Below are positions 49,222-62,402 of a stretch of DNA of 64,000 nucleotides, in pieces. The notes beneath the pieces are model-generated. The model was not told where the DNA came from and searched no databases. It saw nothing but the letters and a program-made list of their open reading frames with translations. The position numbers and the translations under genes were made by a program. The stretch is from Scyliorhinus canicula (lineage: Eukaryota), in NCBI RefSeq assembly GCF_902713615.1, contig NC_052159.1, positions 9,560,018 to 9,624,017 of the forward strand, in the 5' to 3' direction. Position 1 is the first letter of the stretch. Each line of letters begins with the position of its first letter.

Positions 49222-52200
49222 TGTTGTAACCCTAATGAGACCCACGGAGATGGCACGATCGATCTCCAGTGGGGCTGGTGTAATACGAGCTTCCCCACTG
49301 AGGAGTAGAGGCTCAACAGCGGGGCTTGTTAATTCGCCAAGATAGAAACCGATCCATAGAGAGCTGGCACCTTATGATAGTCCTGGCTGGGACTTGGGGT
49401 GATCGTTGCTGCTGTATTTTGAAAATCGCTTATTGTCACAAGTAGGCTTCAAATGAAGTTACTGTGAAAAGCCCCTAGTCGCCACATTCCGGCGCCTGTT
49501 CGGGGAGGCTGGTACGGGAAATGAACCGTGCTGCTGGCCTGCCGTGGTCTGCTTTCAAAGCCAGTGATCTAGCCCTGTGCTAAACCAGCCCCTACTTCTT
49601 ACTGTGAGTAGGAAATAACTTACTTATCTTTTCGGGACACTGTGATGAGGACAAAATGGAGCTACTAGTAGCACTCAGACCACGGCTGCATCTCAACTGA
49701 GATGCAAAGTTAGCACTGCCTCAAAAATGCCACTCAATGCGTTTGACGCGAGTATAGAAGACTAGTCTCAGTACGTGGGGAGTGTGTGCTATTTTTTTCA
49801 AGGTCAACACCATTACTGGAGAGGTCCACTGTAAGATGATTCTCTTGACGTCCTGCTTCCAGAGTCTCCACTTCCAGAGTCTTGAAGAGCTTAACATACC
49901 CTGCGGCTCCAGACTTCAAGACATTTGATGAATTGGTGGCGCTTGTGACGGACCACTATGACCCCAAACTTTGGGTCATTGTCCAAAGATACCATTTCAA
50001 TACGGCTGAGAGACCCCTGGGGGAGGCCGTTACTGGGTTTCTGGCACACAAACCGGGAGAGCTCTGCGATCACGGGGCCGTGATTGGCTGCAGAGGCTCC
50101 ATTTGGACTGACAGCGGATTTTCAGGATGGGCACTGGGGAATTATATAAGGTCCTGGGACGTACCTGAAGTTTTCCATGTGGGCCTAGGTAGGAATCACA
50201 TAGACCCTGAGGCCCAACTGGAGTACTTGAGGGTCCGTCCAATCCCTGTGCATTGCTGACAAAGGTAGAGGATGAGCTCAGCCGGTCGGTACAATTTGCA
50301 GAGTGGGCAGCACCTGGAGTTCAGGTACTAAAACCAGATCCACCCACCCGCCTGTGTGGGGATTACAAACAGTGAACAAGGCCTCTCCTTTGGACGGATA
50401 CCTGATGCTGCAAATAGAGGACCTCTACACAAAGCTGGCTGGAGGACACTCTTTCTCTAAACTCAATGTGAGTCACGCCTACCTCCAATTGGAGCTAGAT
50501 GCGACTTCCAGAAGGTTTGTGACCATTAATACCCATAAGGCCCTCAACGAATACACAAGGTTACCATTCGGGGTGCCACCAGCTTGTGCTATTTTTCAGA
50601 GAGTCATGGAAAGCATCCTCCAAGGGCTTCTGTGAGTGGCTGTCTACTTGGATAACGTCCTGGTCACTGGCACCAATGAAAAGGAGCACCTTAGCAACTT
50701 AGAGAAAGTCCTCCACCTGTTTTCCAAGAGAGGCGTCCACCTAAAGAGAGGGAAATGCATTTTTCATGCAAAAGAGGCCACATAATTAGGGTACAGTATC
50801 GATCGATGGATGGATGGATTTGGATGAATTTGTTTATTGTCATGTGTACCGAGGTACAGTGAAATGTATTTTTCTGCGAGCAGCTCCACAGATCATTAAG
50901 TACATGAAAAGAAAAGGAAATAAAAGAAAATACTTAATAGGACAACACAAGGTACGGCTTGTGACGACTTGTAGAGGAGAGGTTGCGGCCAATCAAACAA
51001 GCCCCACGCCTGAGAACGCGACCGAATTGTGGTCATTCTCAGGACTCGTGAATGATTATGGGAAATTCACCCCTAACTTGGCGTCCGTCCTCGCACCGCT
51101 GCACGCGCTCCTGAAAACGCACCAGGAGTGGGTGGAGGGCGCCACAAGTAGAAGCGTTCGCCAAGGTGAAGCAGCGCCTGCCGTCTTCAGGTTTGTTGAC
51201 CCATTATGAACCCTCAAAGCCTCTTTTGATCACTTATGATGCCTCCCCATATGGAATCGGGGCGGTGTTATACCACCGTATGGACGACGGAACGGAGCGG
51301 CTGATAGCCTACGCATCGTGTACTATGGCTGATGTCGGACGCAGTTACGACATATTGAAAAAGAAGGACTGGCGGTCGTTTTTGCGCTGAAGAGATTCCA
51401 CCAATGTGTGTATGGGTTCTGTTTCACAATCATAACAGACCACAAGCCATTGCTCAGGTTGTTTAAAGAGGACAAAGCAATTCTGCTGATAGCATCTGCC
51501 CGGATACAACGTTGGTCCCTCCTGCTAGTGGCGCACGAATACCCGTTGGAGTATCGCCTGGGCACACAGATTGCAAACACGGACAGTTTGAGCCGACACC
51601 TGTTGCCGACACCCCCCCATCTCCACCAGTGACTGGCAAGGTCGTAACAGTCTTAAATTTTATGGATTCCTTGCCGGTCACTGCTGCACAAATTCGCGAC
51701 TGGACGCAGAAGGACCCGGTCTTGGCTAAGTTATGTCATGTCATCTTATAAAGGGGTCGGCAAGGGAAACTGCGGGTTATCGAGGCGAAGCATCAAGATC
51801 TCAGCGTGGAGGATGGCATTCTCCTGTGGGGAACTCGCTTTCTGATTCTGAGTCAGAGTCAAGACCTACACAATGGACACCTGGGGGTGTCGAAGATGAA
51901 AATGCTAGCCAGGAGGTGGATATGTTGGCCAGACCTGGATGGCGACATCGGGCGGCTGGCCCAGCAATGCACCATGTGCCAGGAACATCAGAAGCTACTA
52001 CCAATCACGTCCCTCCACCCATAGGAGTGGCAAGACTGGCCTGCTTGCTGATTTCGCTGGACCTCTTCACGGGTCAATGTTCGTGCTGATAGTGAATGTC
52101 CATTCCAAATGGTTAGACATCCATCGAATGCCGCTCATCACTTTGAAGATTACCATCGAGAAGCTATGCCTTTCATTCAGTACCCATGGCACCCCTGAGG

Positions 52201-53381
52201 TATTGGTCACAGACAATGGTACCCTGTTTACTAGAGAGGAGTTTGCATGCTTCATGAAGTCAAACAGGGTGAAGCACATCTGGACCGCCCCAAACCACCC
52301 TTGGCTGAATAAGCAGTGCAGACCTTCAAGAAGGGCATGAGGAGACAGGCCACAGGATCCTTGGAGATGAGATCGGCGCGTTTTCTGTTCAGCAACTGTA
52401 TCAGGCCACACGTTACGACGGGAGTGGCACCGGTGGAACTACTGATGGGCTGGAGGCTGAGAACCCACCTTAGCTGAATGTTCGAAGCTGGGAACAGAGA
52501 GAAGATCTCCAGAAGCGATACCGAAGCAGATGGAGGCAGGACCGAGGTTTTCAACGGGGGGGGGGGGGGGGGGCGGCGGTGTGTGTGTGGGGGGCATGGT
52601 ATACGTCCGGAGCCTTGGGACGGTGTCCAGTGGATACCAGGGATCGCAGTGGAAAGGACTGGAATGGTATCTTACACAGTACAAATACGGCAGCGGATGG
52701 TGCAAAAGCATGTGGAACACTTCCAAAGCAGGAAGTCAGCACCAGGATCAATCCCACCTGAAGAGCCGTTTTCAGCCACATGTGCCCAGCACAAAGGTGC
52801 CTGGAGATATCACCCTCAAGGGGCCCTGACATGGGGGACCTGACTGGAGGTTGGAATGAGGTGGAAGATTCCAGGTGAGACATGGAGATTCAGGCATCTG
52901 TAGTTTCGGAAGACAACCTTGCCAGGGAACGGTTGCCGATGGTGTCCCCCAGCCAATCGGTGCAAAAGTGGCATTCCCCAACATGTTACACGCCTCCCCT
53001 GACCCAGCACCTCAACAGCCGGAGGCGCAACCATGGGCAAAGTGGAGACAGCAGCCTCCTTCACCCTCTATGATGGAGGGACTTGCAGACTCTTTTTGGG
53101 GGGGAATGTTGTAACCCCCCACGAGGACAACCCGTTTGATCTCCCCATGGGACCGGCGGAACAAGCTCCCTCGCTGAGGGGCAGAGGACCAGCAGTAGGG
53201 CTTGTTAATTCCTCAAGATGAAAGCCGGCCCAGAGGGGAACCGGCATCTTCGGCTGGTCTGGCTAGGACCGGGGTTGGGGGGGGGGGAGGGGGGGGGGGG
53301 GGCGTGCTAGTTGCTGCTGTATTTCCTTACTGTGAGCGGGAAATAAACTTATCTTCCTGGGATTCCTCACTGGTAACAATA
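49222..53381 (+). mobile_element. Decayed Ty3/Gypsy LTR retrotransposon (5' LTR about 49222-49640, 3' LTR 53107-53381)
   Basis: Both LTRs start TGTTGTAACCC and share internal motifs. A purine tract precedes 53107, and the probable TSD is ACTGC/ACTGT. Remnants include gag (KTFDELVALVTDHYDPK), RT (HAYLQLEL...YTRLPFGV...FQRVMESIL, YLDN), RNase H (DASPYGIGAVL, TDHKPL) and integrase (HNGHLG, DFAGP, VTDNGT). Confidence 0.92.
49418..49593 (-). mobile_element. Short tRNA-derived SINE (about 175 bp); copies about 27910-28085, 54268-54455 and 57300-57416
   Basis: Four near-identical dispersed copies with a GGGGCTGGTTTAGC head, a B-box-like motif and a (TTTCA)n tail. Confidence 0.85.
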
Positions 53382-53499
53382 ACTGTCCTCTGAAATGGCC
53401 CAGGAGGCATTGTTCGTGGACAATTAGGAACAAGCGATAAACCCTGGCCTTTCCCACATCCCATGAAGTAAGATCCTCGGCAAACTGCTCTGCCCTCCA

Positions 53500-55850
53500 G
53501 CGCATGCGTGTTGGATGTTGCTCTGCCCTGGTGCACCTGCATGTTGGATGTTGCTCTACCATTGAGCGCATGCGTGTTGGATGGTGCTCAGCCCCTGTGC
53601 ACATGCGTGTTGGATGTTGCTCTGCCCTGGTGCACATGCATGTTGGATGTTGCTCTTCCATTGAGCGCATGCGTGTTGGATGTTGCTCTGCCATTGAGTG
53701 CATGCGTATTGGATGTTGCTCTGCCCTCGTGCACATGCGTGTTGGATGTTGTTCTGCCCTCGTGCACATGCGTGTTGGATGTTGCTCTTCCATTGAGTGC
53801 ATGCATATTGGATGTTGCTCTGCCCTCGTGCATATGCGTGTTGGAAGTTGTTCTGCCCTCGTGCACATGCGTGTTGGATGTTGCTCTACCATTGAGCACA
53901 TGCATGTCGGATGGTGCTCTGCCCTGGTGCACATGCGTGTTGGATGGTGCTCTTCCATTGAGTGCATGTGTATTGGACGTTGCTCTTCCATTGTGCGCGT
54001 GCGTGTTGGATGTTGCTCTGCCATTGAGTGCATGCGTATAGGATGTTGCTCTGCCCTCGTGCACATGTATGCGTGTTGGATGTTGTTCTGCCCTCATGCA
54101 CATGTGTGTTGGATGTTGCTCTGCCATTGAGTGTATGCGTATTGGATGTTGCTCTGCCCTCGTGCACATGCGTGTTGGATGTTGTTCTGCCCTCGTGCAC
54201 ATGCGTGTTGGATGTTGCTCTGCCATTGAGTGCATGCGTATTGGATGTTGTTCTGCCCTCGTGCACATGAAAATGAAAAATGAAATGAAAATCGCTTATT
54301 GTCACGAGTAGGCTTCAATGAAGTTACTGTGAAAAGCCCCTAGTCGCCACATTCCGGCTCTGTCCGGGGAGTCTGGTACGGGAATCGAACCGTGCTGCTG
54401 GCCTGTTGGTCTGCTTTAAAAGCCAGCGATTAGCCCTGTGAGCTAAACCAGCCCTCCAACCAGCATGTTGCATGTTGCTCTGCCATTGAGTGCATGCGTA
54501 TTGGATGTTGCTCTGCCCTTGTGCACATGCGTGTTGGATGTTGTTCTGCCCTCGTGCACATGCGTGTTAGATGTTGCTCTACCATTGAGCACATGCATGT
54601 TGGATGGTGTCCTGCCCTGGTGCACACGTGTGTTGGATGATGCTCTTCCATTGAGTGCATGTGTATTGGATTTTGCTCTGCCCTCGTGCACATACATGTT
54701 GGATGTTGCTCTGCCATTGAGCGCATGCGTGTTGGATGTTGCTCTGTCCTGGTGCACATGCGTGTTGGGTGTGGCTCTGCCCTTGGGTACATGCGCGTTT
54801 GATGTTGCTCTGCCATTCGGTACATGCGTGTTGGATGGTACTCTGCCCTGGTGCACATGTGTGTTGGGTGTTGCTCTGCCCTGGTAGACATGCATGTTGG
54901 ATGTTGATCAGCCATTGAGCGCATGCGTGTTGGATGTTGCTCTGCCATTGAGTGCATGCGTATTGGATGTATCTCTGCCCTCGTGCACATGAGTGTTGGA
55001 TGTTGTTTTGCCCTCGTGCACATGCGTGTTGGATGTTGCTCTACCATTGAGCACATGCGTGTTGGATGGTGCTCTGCCCTGGTGCATATGCGTGTTGGAT
55101 GGTGCTCTTCCATTGAGTATATGTGTATTGTAAGTTGCTCTGCCCTTGTGCACATGCGTGTTGGATGTTGCTCTGCCATTGAGCACATGCGTGTTGGATG
55201 TTGCTCTGTTCTGGTGCACATATGTGTTGGGTGTTGCTCTGCCATTGAGTGCATGCGTGTTGGATGTTGCTCTGCCCTGGTGCACATGCGTATTGGGTGT
55301 TGCTCTGCCCTGGTACACATGCAAGTAGGATGTTGATCTGCCATTGAGCACATGCGTGTTGGATGTTGCTCTGCCATTGAGTGCATGCGTATTGGATTTG
55401 CTCTGCCCTCGTGCTCATGCGTGTTGGATGTTGTTCTGCCCTGGTGCACATGCGTGTTAGATGTTGCTCTATTAGTGAGCACATGTATGTGGGATGGTGC
55501 TCTGCCCTGGTGCACATGCGTATTGGATGGTGCTCTTCCATTGAGTGCATGTGTATTGGATGTTATTCTGCCCTCGTGCACATGCATGTTGGATGTTGCT
55601 CTCCCATTGAGTGCATGCGTCTTGGATGTTGCTCTGTCCTGGTGCACATGCATGTTGCTCTGCCATTGGGTACATGCGCGTTGGATGGTGCTCTGCCCTG
55701 GTGCACATTCGTGTTGGATGTTGCTCTGTCCTGGTGCACATGTGTGTTGGATGTTGCTCTGCCATTGGGCGCATGCGTGTTGGATGGTGCTCTGCCATTG
55801 AGCGTATGCGTGGCGGATGCCCCGGTGCCCATGCGTGTTGGATGGGTACG
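53500..55850. repeat. 33-bp minisatellite (CATGCGTGTTGGATGTTGCTCTGCC + ATTGAGYG or CTSGTGCA), about 65 copies, interrupted by a SINE at about 54268-54455
   Basis: Directly visible tandem array with two unit types; 11-aa periodicity in the ORF track. Confidence 0.97.
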
Positions 55851-55859
55851 GGAAAGTTG

Positions 55860-56190
55860 ATTGTCCATGCAGGCCCCGCCCCTTTGGGAGTTAGCGCTGT
55901 GCACGGTGGGATATTGGAAGACCTGACCGGATGTTGGCGGTCGCTGTTCGGAATGGCGGCCGTTGTTGGCAATGTTGGCGGCTAGCTGCAGCGCCGTTAC
56001 TGTGGGGAGCGCGTGGGCCGCTTTGTAATTAGTTTAAAAAAAATAAATATATAAAATAGTATCTGCGCACTTTGTGCTTTCTCCTGGGGAAAATAAAGAA
56101 AGGAACGCAGTGAAGGATGCCGAGTCTCCACAGGAGCCCTGAACCGCAGCAGGATCATCGCCGAGCTCCGTTGCCCAGAGACGCCGAGAG
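55860..56190 (+). promoter_or_regulatory. EMSY: EMSY CpG-rich promoter and probable non-coding exon 1
   Basis: GC box (gccccgcccc) near 55873 and YY1-like gaatggcggc near 55951. Strong donor GAG|gtgagg after 56190. It lies upstream of the ATG-containing exon. The TSS cannot be determined from sequence. Confidence 0.7.
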
Positions 56191-56545
56191 GTGAGGCGGC
56201 TCTTGTGTGGCCTTTTTTTCCGTCCTCTTACTCGAAGCTTGGGACCCTCAGAGAATGTTCTGGAAAAGGGGGAATGTCACCGGTGACCGATTGAAGCTGC
56301 TTCGATGTTTAACCGTCGCCTGGTACTCTCCCCGCCCCCCCCCCGTGAGGGAGGTAAACATTGACCACTGCGCATGCGCGTGTCCCTAAGCCAACCCATT
56401 GAATGAACAATGTAGAAGTTATTGGGTTGGACTCTGATGTTATCCCTAGCTCCTTGTCTCCACAGCTGCTGACAGACAGGCTGATTCTTTTCCCAGCATC
56501 TTCTCCCTTTACTATGAATGAGGAAGCCACTCTTTTTTTTTGGCA

Positions 56546-56730
56546 GCACCAGGTTAAAGTCCAACAGGTTTGTTTCAAACACTAGCTTTCGGAGCACTGC
56601 TCCTTCCTCAGGTGAATGTGCGGAGCAGTGTTCCGAAAGCTAGTGTTTGAAACAAACCTGTTGGACTTTAACCTGGTGTTGTAAGACTTTTACTGCACTC
56701 ACCCCAGTCCAATGCCGGCATCTCCACATC
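56546..56730. mobile_element. Penelope-like fold-back of the same family, in EMSY intron 1
   Basis: Inverted arms about 56546-56600 and 56622-56678. Minus strand 56617-56580 reads attcac-CTGAGGA-aGGAGC-agt-GCTCC-GAAA-GC-TA-gtg. Confidence 0.78.
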
Positions 56731-58859
56731 TTTTAAAAAAACTTTCAATTCATTGATCTGGCAAGGTCAGCATTTATCATCTGTCGCCCAACCCTCACTG
56801 CTCTTGAGATGGTGGCGGTGAGCCCCGCTGTCTTGAATACGGCTGGGTGACTTGTCGGGCCATATCGGAGTGCGGTGAAGTCTTGCAGTGGGTCTGGAGC
56901 CAGCTGTAGGCCAGCCCGGAATAAATACAGCGCTGGACAAAACTTCAGGTCTGCCAGTATTTGTGGAGAGAGGGCAAGCACGGTGCTGCAGTGGTTAACA
57001 CTGCAGTCTCACTGCGCCGAGGTCCAAGTTTCGATCCCGGCTCTGAGTCACTGTCCGTGTGGAGTTTGCACATTCTCCCTCTGTTTGCGTGGGTTTTGCT
57101 CCTACAACACAAAGATGTGCAGGGTAGGTGGATTGGACATGCTAAATTGCCCATCATTTGGAAAAAATGAATTGGGCACTCTTAAATTTATTTAAAAAAA
57201 ATATCTGTGGAGAGGGAGAGAAAAGGAGTTAATGCTTTGAGTCCAGAATGACTTTCATGGAACTGAAGAGAGCTAGAAATGTGATGAGTTCTATGCTGTT
57301 GAAATGAAAAATGAAATGAAAATCGCTTATTGTCACGAGTAGGCTTCAAATGAAGTTACTGTGAAAAGCCCCTAGTCGCCACATTCCGGCGCCTGTTCGG
57401 GAAGGCTGTTACGGGAAAGGGGGAGGTAGAACAAAAAGGAATGGACGCAAAACTTTAACTCTATTCTCTGTTGATGGATGCTGCCAGACCTGTTGAGTTG
57501 TTGCAGCATTTTGTTATTTCAGATTTCCAGCATATATAGTATTTTGTTTTTATCACCTTGACCAGTGAGCCACATGTATTTTTATGACAATTTGATAGTT
57601 TCATGTTCACCATTACTGACACTAGCCTTATATTCTTGATTTGTTTAATTAATTTTTTTAAATTTCCACTTGCTGTGATGGAATTTGAACTCGTATCCCT
57701 GGATCATTTATTCAACCCTCTGGGTTACTAGTACCGTTAAATAATCCCTTAAATAATCTTACTCTTCTGTGTTGTGTGTGTGTGTGCCATTTTAAGCTCA
57801 AATTTTGGCAACCAGTTAAGTGAGCTGCCTCTGTGCCTTTCACAGGCTCTGGCTATGCAAAGCAAGGATGTATGATCCAAAGTCTGTCCTAAAACCGCCC
57901 CTGGAGCTGACTGTAAGACAGTTTCTGAATAGGATGGGTTGAATGGCTATCTTGTGATCTCAGTGTGGGCAGCAGTTTGAAGTTGGTCGTTGTTAACCTA
58001 TCTACTGGAATATGTGTACATTTTCGGTGAGGACAGGAGCAGGTTTGAATTTGATTTCCGTGATTAATTGTTTGTATTCATTTGTTTTTGAGAAGTGTGC
58101 ATCATTTGTTTCCCATCCGTAATTGCCCTTGAGTAGATGGTGGTGAGTTGCCTTTTTTGTACCCATTCAGTCCGTTTGGTGTAGGTATACCCATGGTACA
58201 AAATATCTGAGTTCCAGGATTTTGTCCCAGTGACTGTAGGAATGACAATATAGTTCCAAATCATGATGGTGAATGACTTGGGGGAAACTTGCAACTCGTC
58301 TTTAGTGGTCGAGTTCATGGGTTTGGAAGATGCTGTCGAAGACACCTTTGACAAGCTGCTGCAGTGCATTTTATAGATGATGCACACTGCTGCCACTGTG
58401 TGCTGGTGCTGGAGAGACTTATCTGCTGACTCTCATCAAAGTGTATAAAGCAACTTGTGTGTAGTCCTGGAGAGTTGATGGCGTCGGTACTGTGTTGAGC
58501 AGAGTCTAAACCTTCAGAAATAAAATTAACCGTACAGATTTGTAACTATCCAATTTTCATTTACCACCATTATAGATTTTGAACTTTGTTTTCCTGTTTT
58601 GTGCAATCACTCCTACAAAGGGTCTGTATTTTGACAAAAATATCTTTAAAGGAAGGAATTGAGAATGAATTCTGGAAGTGCATGAATATTTGACATTATT
58701 TCTAATTATTATGAACAGCTAATTAAAATACATGAATGGTTTGCATTTTGTATCATTTGAGGGGTAGAAATATATGCTTTTGTAATTGTTGGTGATAGTT
58801 CCCCTCCAGTGATTTACACCGTCCAAAGCTTTTAAATGGAAGAGCTAATTGTAAACAAA

Positions 58860-59740
58860 GAAAATAGGTGCGCGAGCGTGTAAGCCATTCGGCCCTTCGA
58901 GCCTGCTACATCATTCATTATGATTGTGGCATCCAACTCAGTAACCTGTTCCTACTGTCTTCTCCCCCCCCTCCCCGCCAAATCTTTTGATCCCTTTAGC
59001 CCCAAGAGCTATATTTAATTCCTTGAAACATGCAATGTCTCTGTATGAATGAATTCCACAGGCTCACCACTCTCTGGGTGAAGAAATTTCTCCTAATCTC
59101 ATTTCTAAATGATTTACCCCATATCCTTTGACTATGACCCCTGGTTTTGGAGTCCACCACTATCGGAAACATCCAGCCTGCATCTACCCTGTCTAAATCT
59201 TGTTCAAATTTTATATAATTCTATGAGATTCACCCCTCATTCTTCTAAATTCAATTATTATGATCCTAACTGACTCGATCTCTCCCCATACATCAGTCCT
59301 GCCAAGCCAGGAATCAGTCTGGTAAACCTTCGCTGCACTTCCCCTTCAGCAATATTCCAGGTGTGGTCTCACCAAGGTTCTGTATAATTGCAGCAGGACA
59401 TCCCTGCATCTGTACTCAAATCCTATGAAGGCCAACATACCATTTGTCTTCACCGCCTACTGCACCTCCATGCTTACTTTCAGCAACTGGTGTACAAGCA
59501 CACCCAGGTCTCATTGCATAGTCCACTCTCCTAATTTATGGCCATTCAGATAATAATCCTGTTTTTGCGCCCAAAGTGGGTGACCTCACATCGTACTGCA
59601 TCTGCCATGCATTTGCCCACTCACTCAACTTGTCCAAATCAAATTAAAGCATCTCTGCATCCTCCTTACAGCTCACTCTCCCACCCAGCTTTAGTCATCT
59701 GCAAATTTGGAGATATTACATTTAGTTCCCTCACCTAAAT
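58860..59740 (-). mobile_element. Decayed CR1 fragment in EMSY intron 1
   Basis: Reverse complement of CR1 RT-to-3' UTR sequence (gtcatctgcaaattt = KFADD on the minus strand). Confidence 0.8.
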
Positions 59741-62402
59741 CTGTCCAACGCGTTGAGAGGAAAAGATGGATCTAAATGAAAAACACCACATTTTTCATGA
59801 AGCTTTTTTCCAAATGTAAACATTTTAAAAATATTGAATATTTTAGGGGGAAGTCAATCATTTTTCCCTTAGCATTTCTTCCCTGCCTTTAAGGCAATGA
59901 AACATTTCTGGAATACAGTCCCACATATTCTGGATGCCCTCTAATAGTCATCTAAGAATCTTAATTGTAAGTGATGACAAAGTATTCAACATGGAGAGCA
60001 TCAAGGCTAAGGATGATTCTGACCATAATCTGGTGGCTGCTTCATGTATGCATTCAGTCAATAGTAATAGGTGATTGTAATTAGGAGTGGGGATCCAGGC
60101 TGTCCTGCCTGGAATCCATGAACTGAATACCGTAGAAGTATCAAGAAATTCCTTATAAAGGTGTGTTTATTTTCTCCCCTTTCTGTGGACACCATGTACT
60201 TATGAGGGTGGTTGATCTTTCAGTGGTCTGCACGTGCTCTGGGAAAAATGGTTGCTGTTGATGTTTGGATTGGATTTTGTTTTGTCCTTTCCACTTATCA
60301 AACTACTTTCCATCAGCAAATGAGGAATTGTTGGAATGCACTGTGGTCCCATCACTGTGAATCATGTTGTGCAGTCCATTTGACACAAGCCTTTGGTTGT
60401 GATTACAATGCTTTTATATTTTAACTTTTAGTTGGTATGTAGACACACCTGGTTGATTGACAGTGGTGTAACATCGGCTTGGTATTTGTATTCCTCACCA
60501 TCCCTTGCCATAATACAAATTGAATAACAAATTTTTAAAATGCGTTCTTAAAATGTGTATGTTATTAGAAAAGCTATAATTATCCCCATTCTTAGTTTCT
60601 CTGAGAAAGTAGTGATGGGCCTTCTGGAACTTGTACTGATAGTGTTAGGTTGGAAATTCCAGAATTATGATCTAGAGATATTAAAGAAATGGTGCCATTA
60701 GGTCAGAATAAAGTGTGAGGTTTGAAGATGATATCATGATTTTGCTGTGGTTTTCAATGAATGTCACTTGGGCAGATACGTTTTTTGAATGGAAAACCTT
60801 GAGGTAAAATGCAAGGTAAGTAAGTAAATAATGGCACCATAGTCCTAGATGACCATTGGCTGCTTTCTCCTTTGAGGGGAGAGCTGACTGGTGGTGATTC
60901 AACCTGAGGATCACCACACCTCAGGCGAGGGGCAAGGTTGGGAAGGCGGGGTCTTCATGATTAACCTCAGCCTGTACAGCACACAATTGTCAGGACCCAT
61001 GGTGCAAGATACAAACAGGCATGAAAGGTTGAATAAAGGAATAGGGTTCACATGATGTCTAGCTTAGGTTTAGAAGTTCCCTTCAGATGTCCGTGAGAGA
61101 GTAAGTACGACAATGTATGCTGAGCCTTAATTGTTGAGTGTGCAGATCCATCCGGGATGGTGTTTTTGCAGCATAGGGACAATTTAAGACATTTCGGAGC
61201 AGCAATGGCTATAGTATTGATAAAATGAAGCTAAAGGTTGTGACAGAATGGAAGTTGAAGGCCAGAGGTGGAGGGTGAGACTATCCGATGGAAGTGGAGT
61301 TGAGAATTAAAGTTATGAGAGAAAACCCAAGGGTTCAAATGATGGAATGGAGACAAACTTAAAAGGAGAAAGGATAGCAACGTTATTTAAACTAGGCAAA
61401 AGTATGAAAGACTGACAAACGTGTCCATCACCATGTACTGCATTGTTGATTACAATGAGTAGTAGCTGCTGACCTATATGTTTGAAAGAAGCTTCAGGAA
61501 TGGCACTACAGTATAGAAATAAGGCATTTAATTTTGTAACCTTTGCCCTGCAACAGGATCTAAGATATCTAGATGATCTTTGCCAATTTTAAAAAATCCA
61601 AACTTTCTGAAAGCTAATATTTTTGAGCAACTTCCTTCAAAAGTAATTTTATCTGTTCTGGTAAATAAACTTTGCACTTTATGTTTATGAACTCAGAGTT
61701 TTGAGTGGCATTCTTTATTTTTACCAATTGCAGTCCATGACCGCTAACGCTTCATCCTCCTTCACACTTTTAGTTAGCTGCAGTCCACATTGGATAAGAT
61801 AAAATCTGTAATTGTTCTGCTGGTTATTTTTCATAATTCTCTCAGGACTTTGGAAATTATACACGCAAGCATACACCAACTATCCCCCATTCATTTTTCC
61901 TGAAATCTTAATGGATGTAAAGGGGTTGATTTTGTTGCATTTGTACAATGAATTGCAGTTTCCACTTAATTTGGAAAAAATTCCCAAATAAACATGGGGC
62001 CTTGCCGTTCCAGTGTTCCAAAATCATGTGGTCACTTATATTTCAAAAATAAAGGGCAGCACGGTGGCCAAGTGGTTAGCACAACCGCCTCACAGCGCTG
62101 AGGTCCCAGGTTCGATCCCGGCTCTGGGTCACTGTCTGTGTGGAGTTTGCACATTCTCCCCGTGTCTGCGTGGGTTTCACCCCCACAACCCAAAAATGTG
62201 CATAGTAGGTGGATTGGCCACGCTAAATTGTCCCTTAATTGGAAAAAATAATTGGGTAATCTAAATTTATATTAAAAAAAAATATTTCAAAAATGCATGC
62301 ATTTAATTTTTAAAACGTTGCTGTGTTGGTCAGGAATTAAATCTCACTCTTTTCAATTAAATTGCAGAATTAGGTTGAACCTGTAGGACACTGCCCACCA
62401 CT

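Noticed and set aside
30418-55850. The 33-bp arrays as CRISPR arrays, or as related to each other
   Set aside because: They are head-to-tail repeats with no unique spacers and no cas genes, in a eukaryotic context. The two units share length only, not sequence.
53263-55985. Cys/His/Met-rich 11-aa repeat ORFs (up to 407 aa) resembling metal-binding or zinc-finger proteins
   Set aside because: They are open in several frames on both strands because the unit is 33 bp and lacks stops. The array is interrupted by a SINE and shows no codon-position bias.
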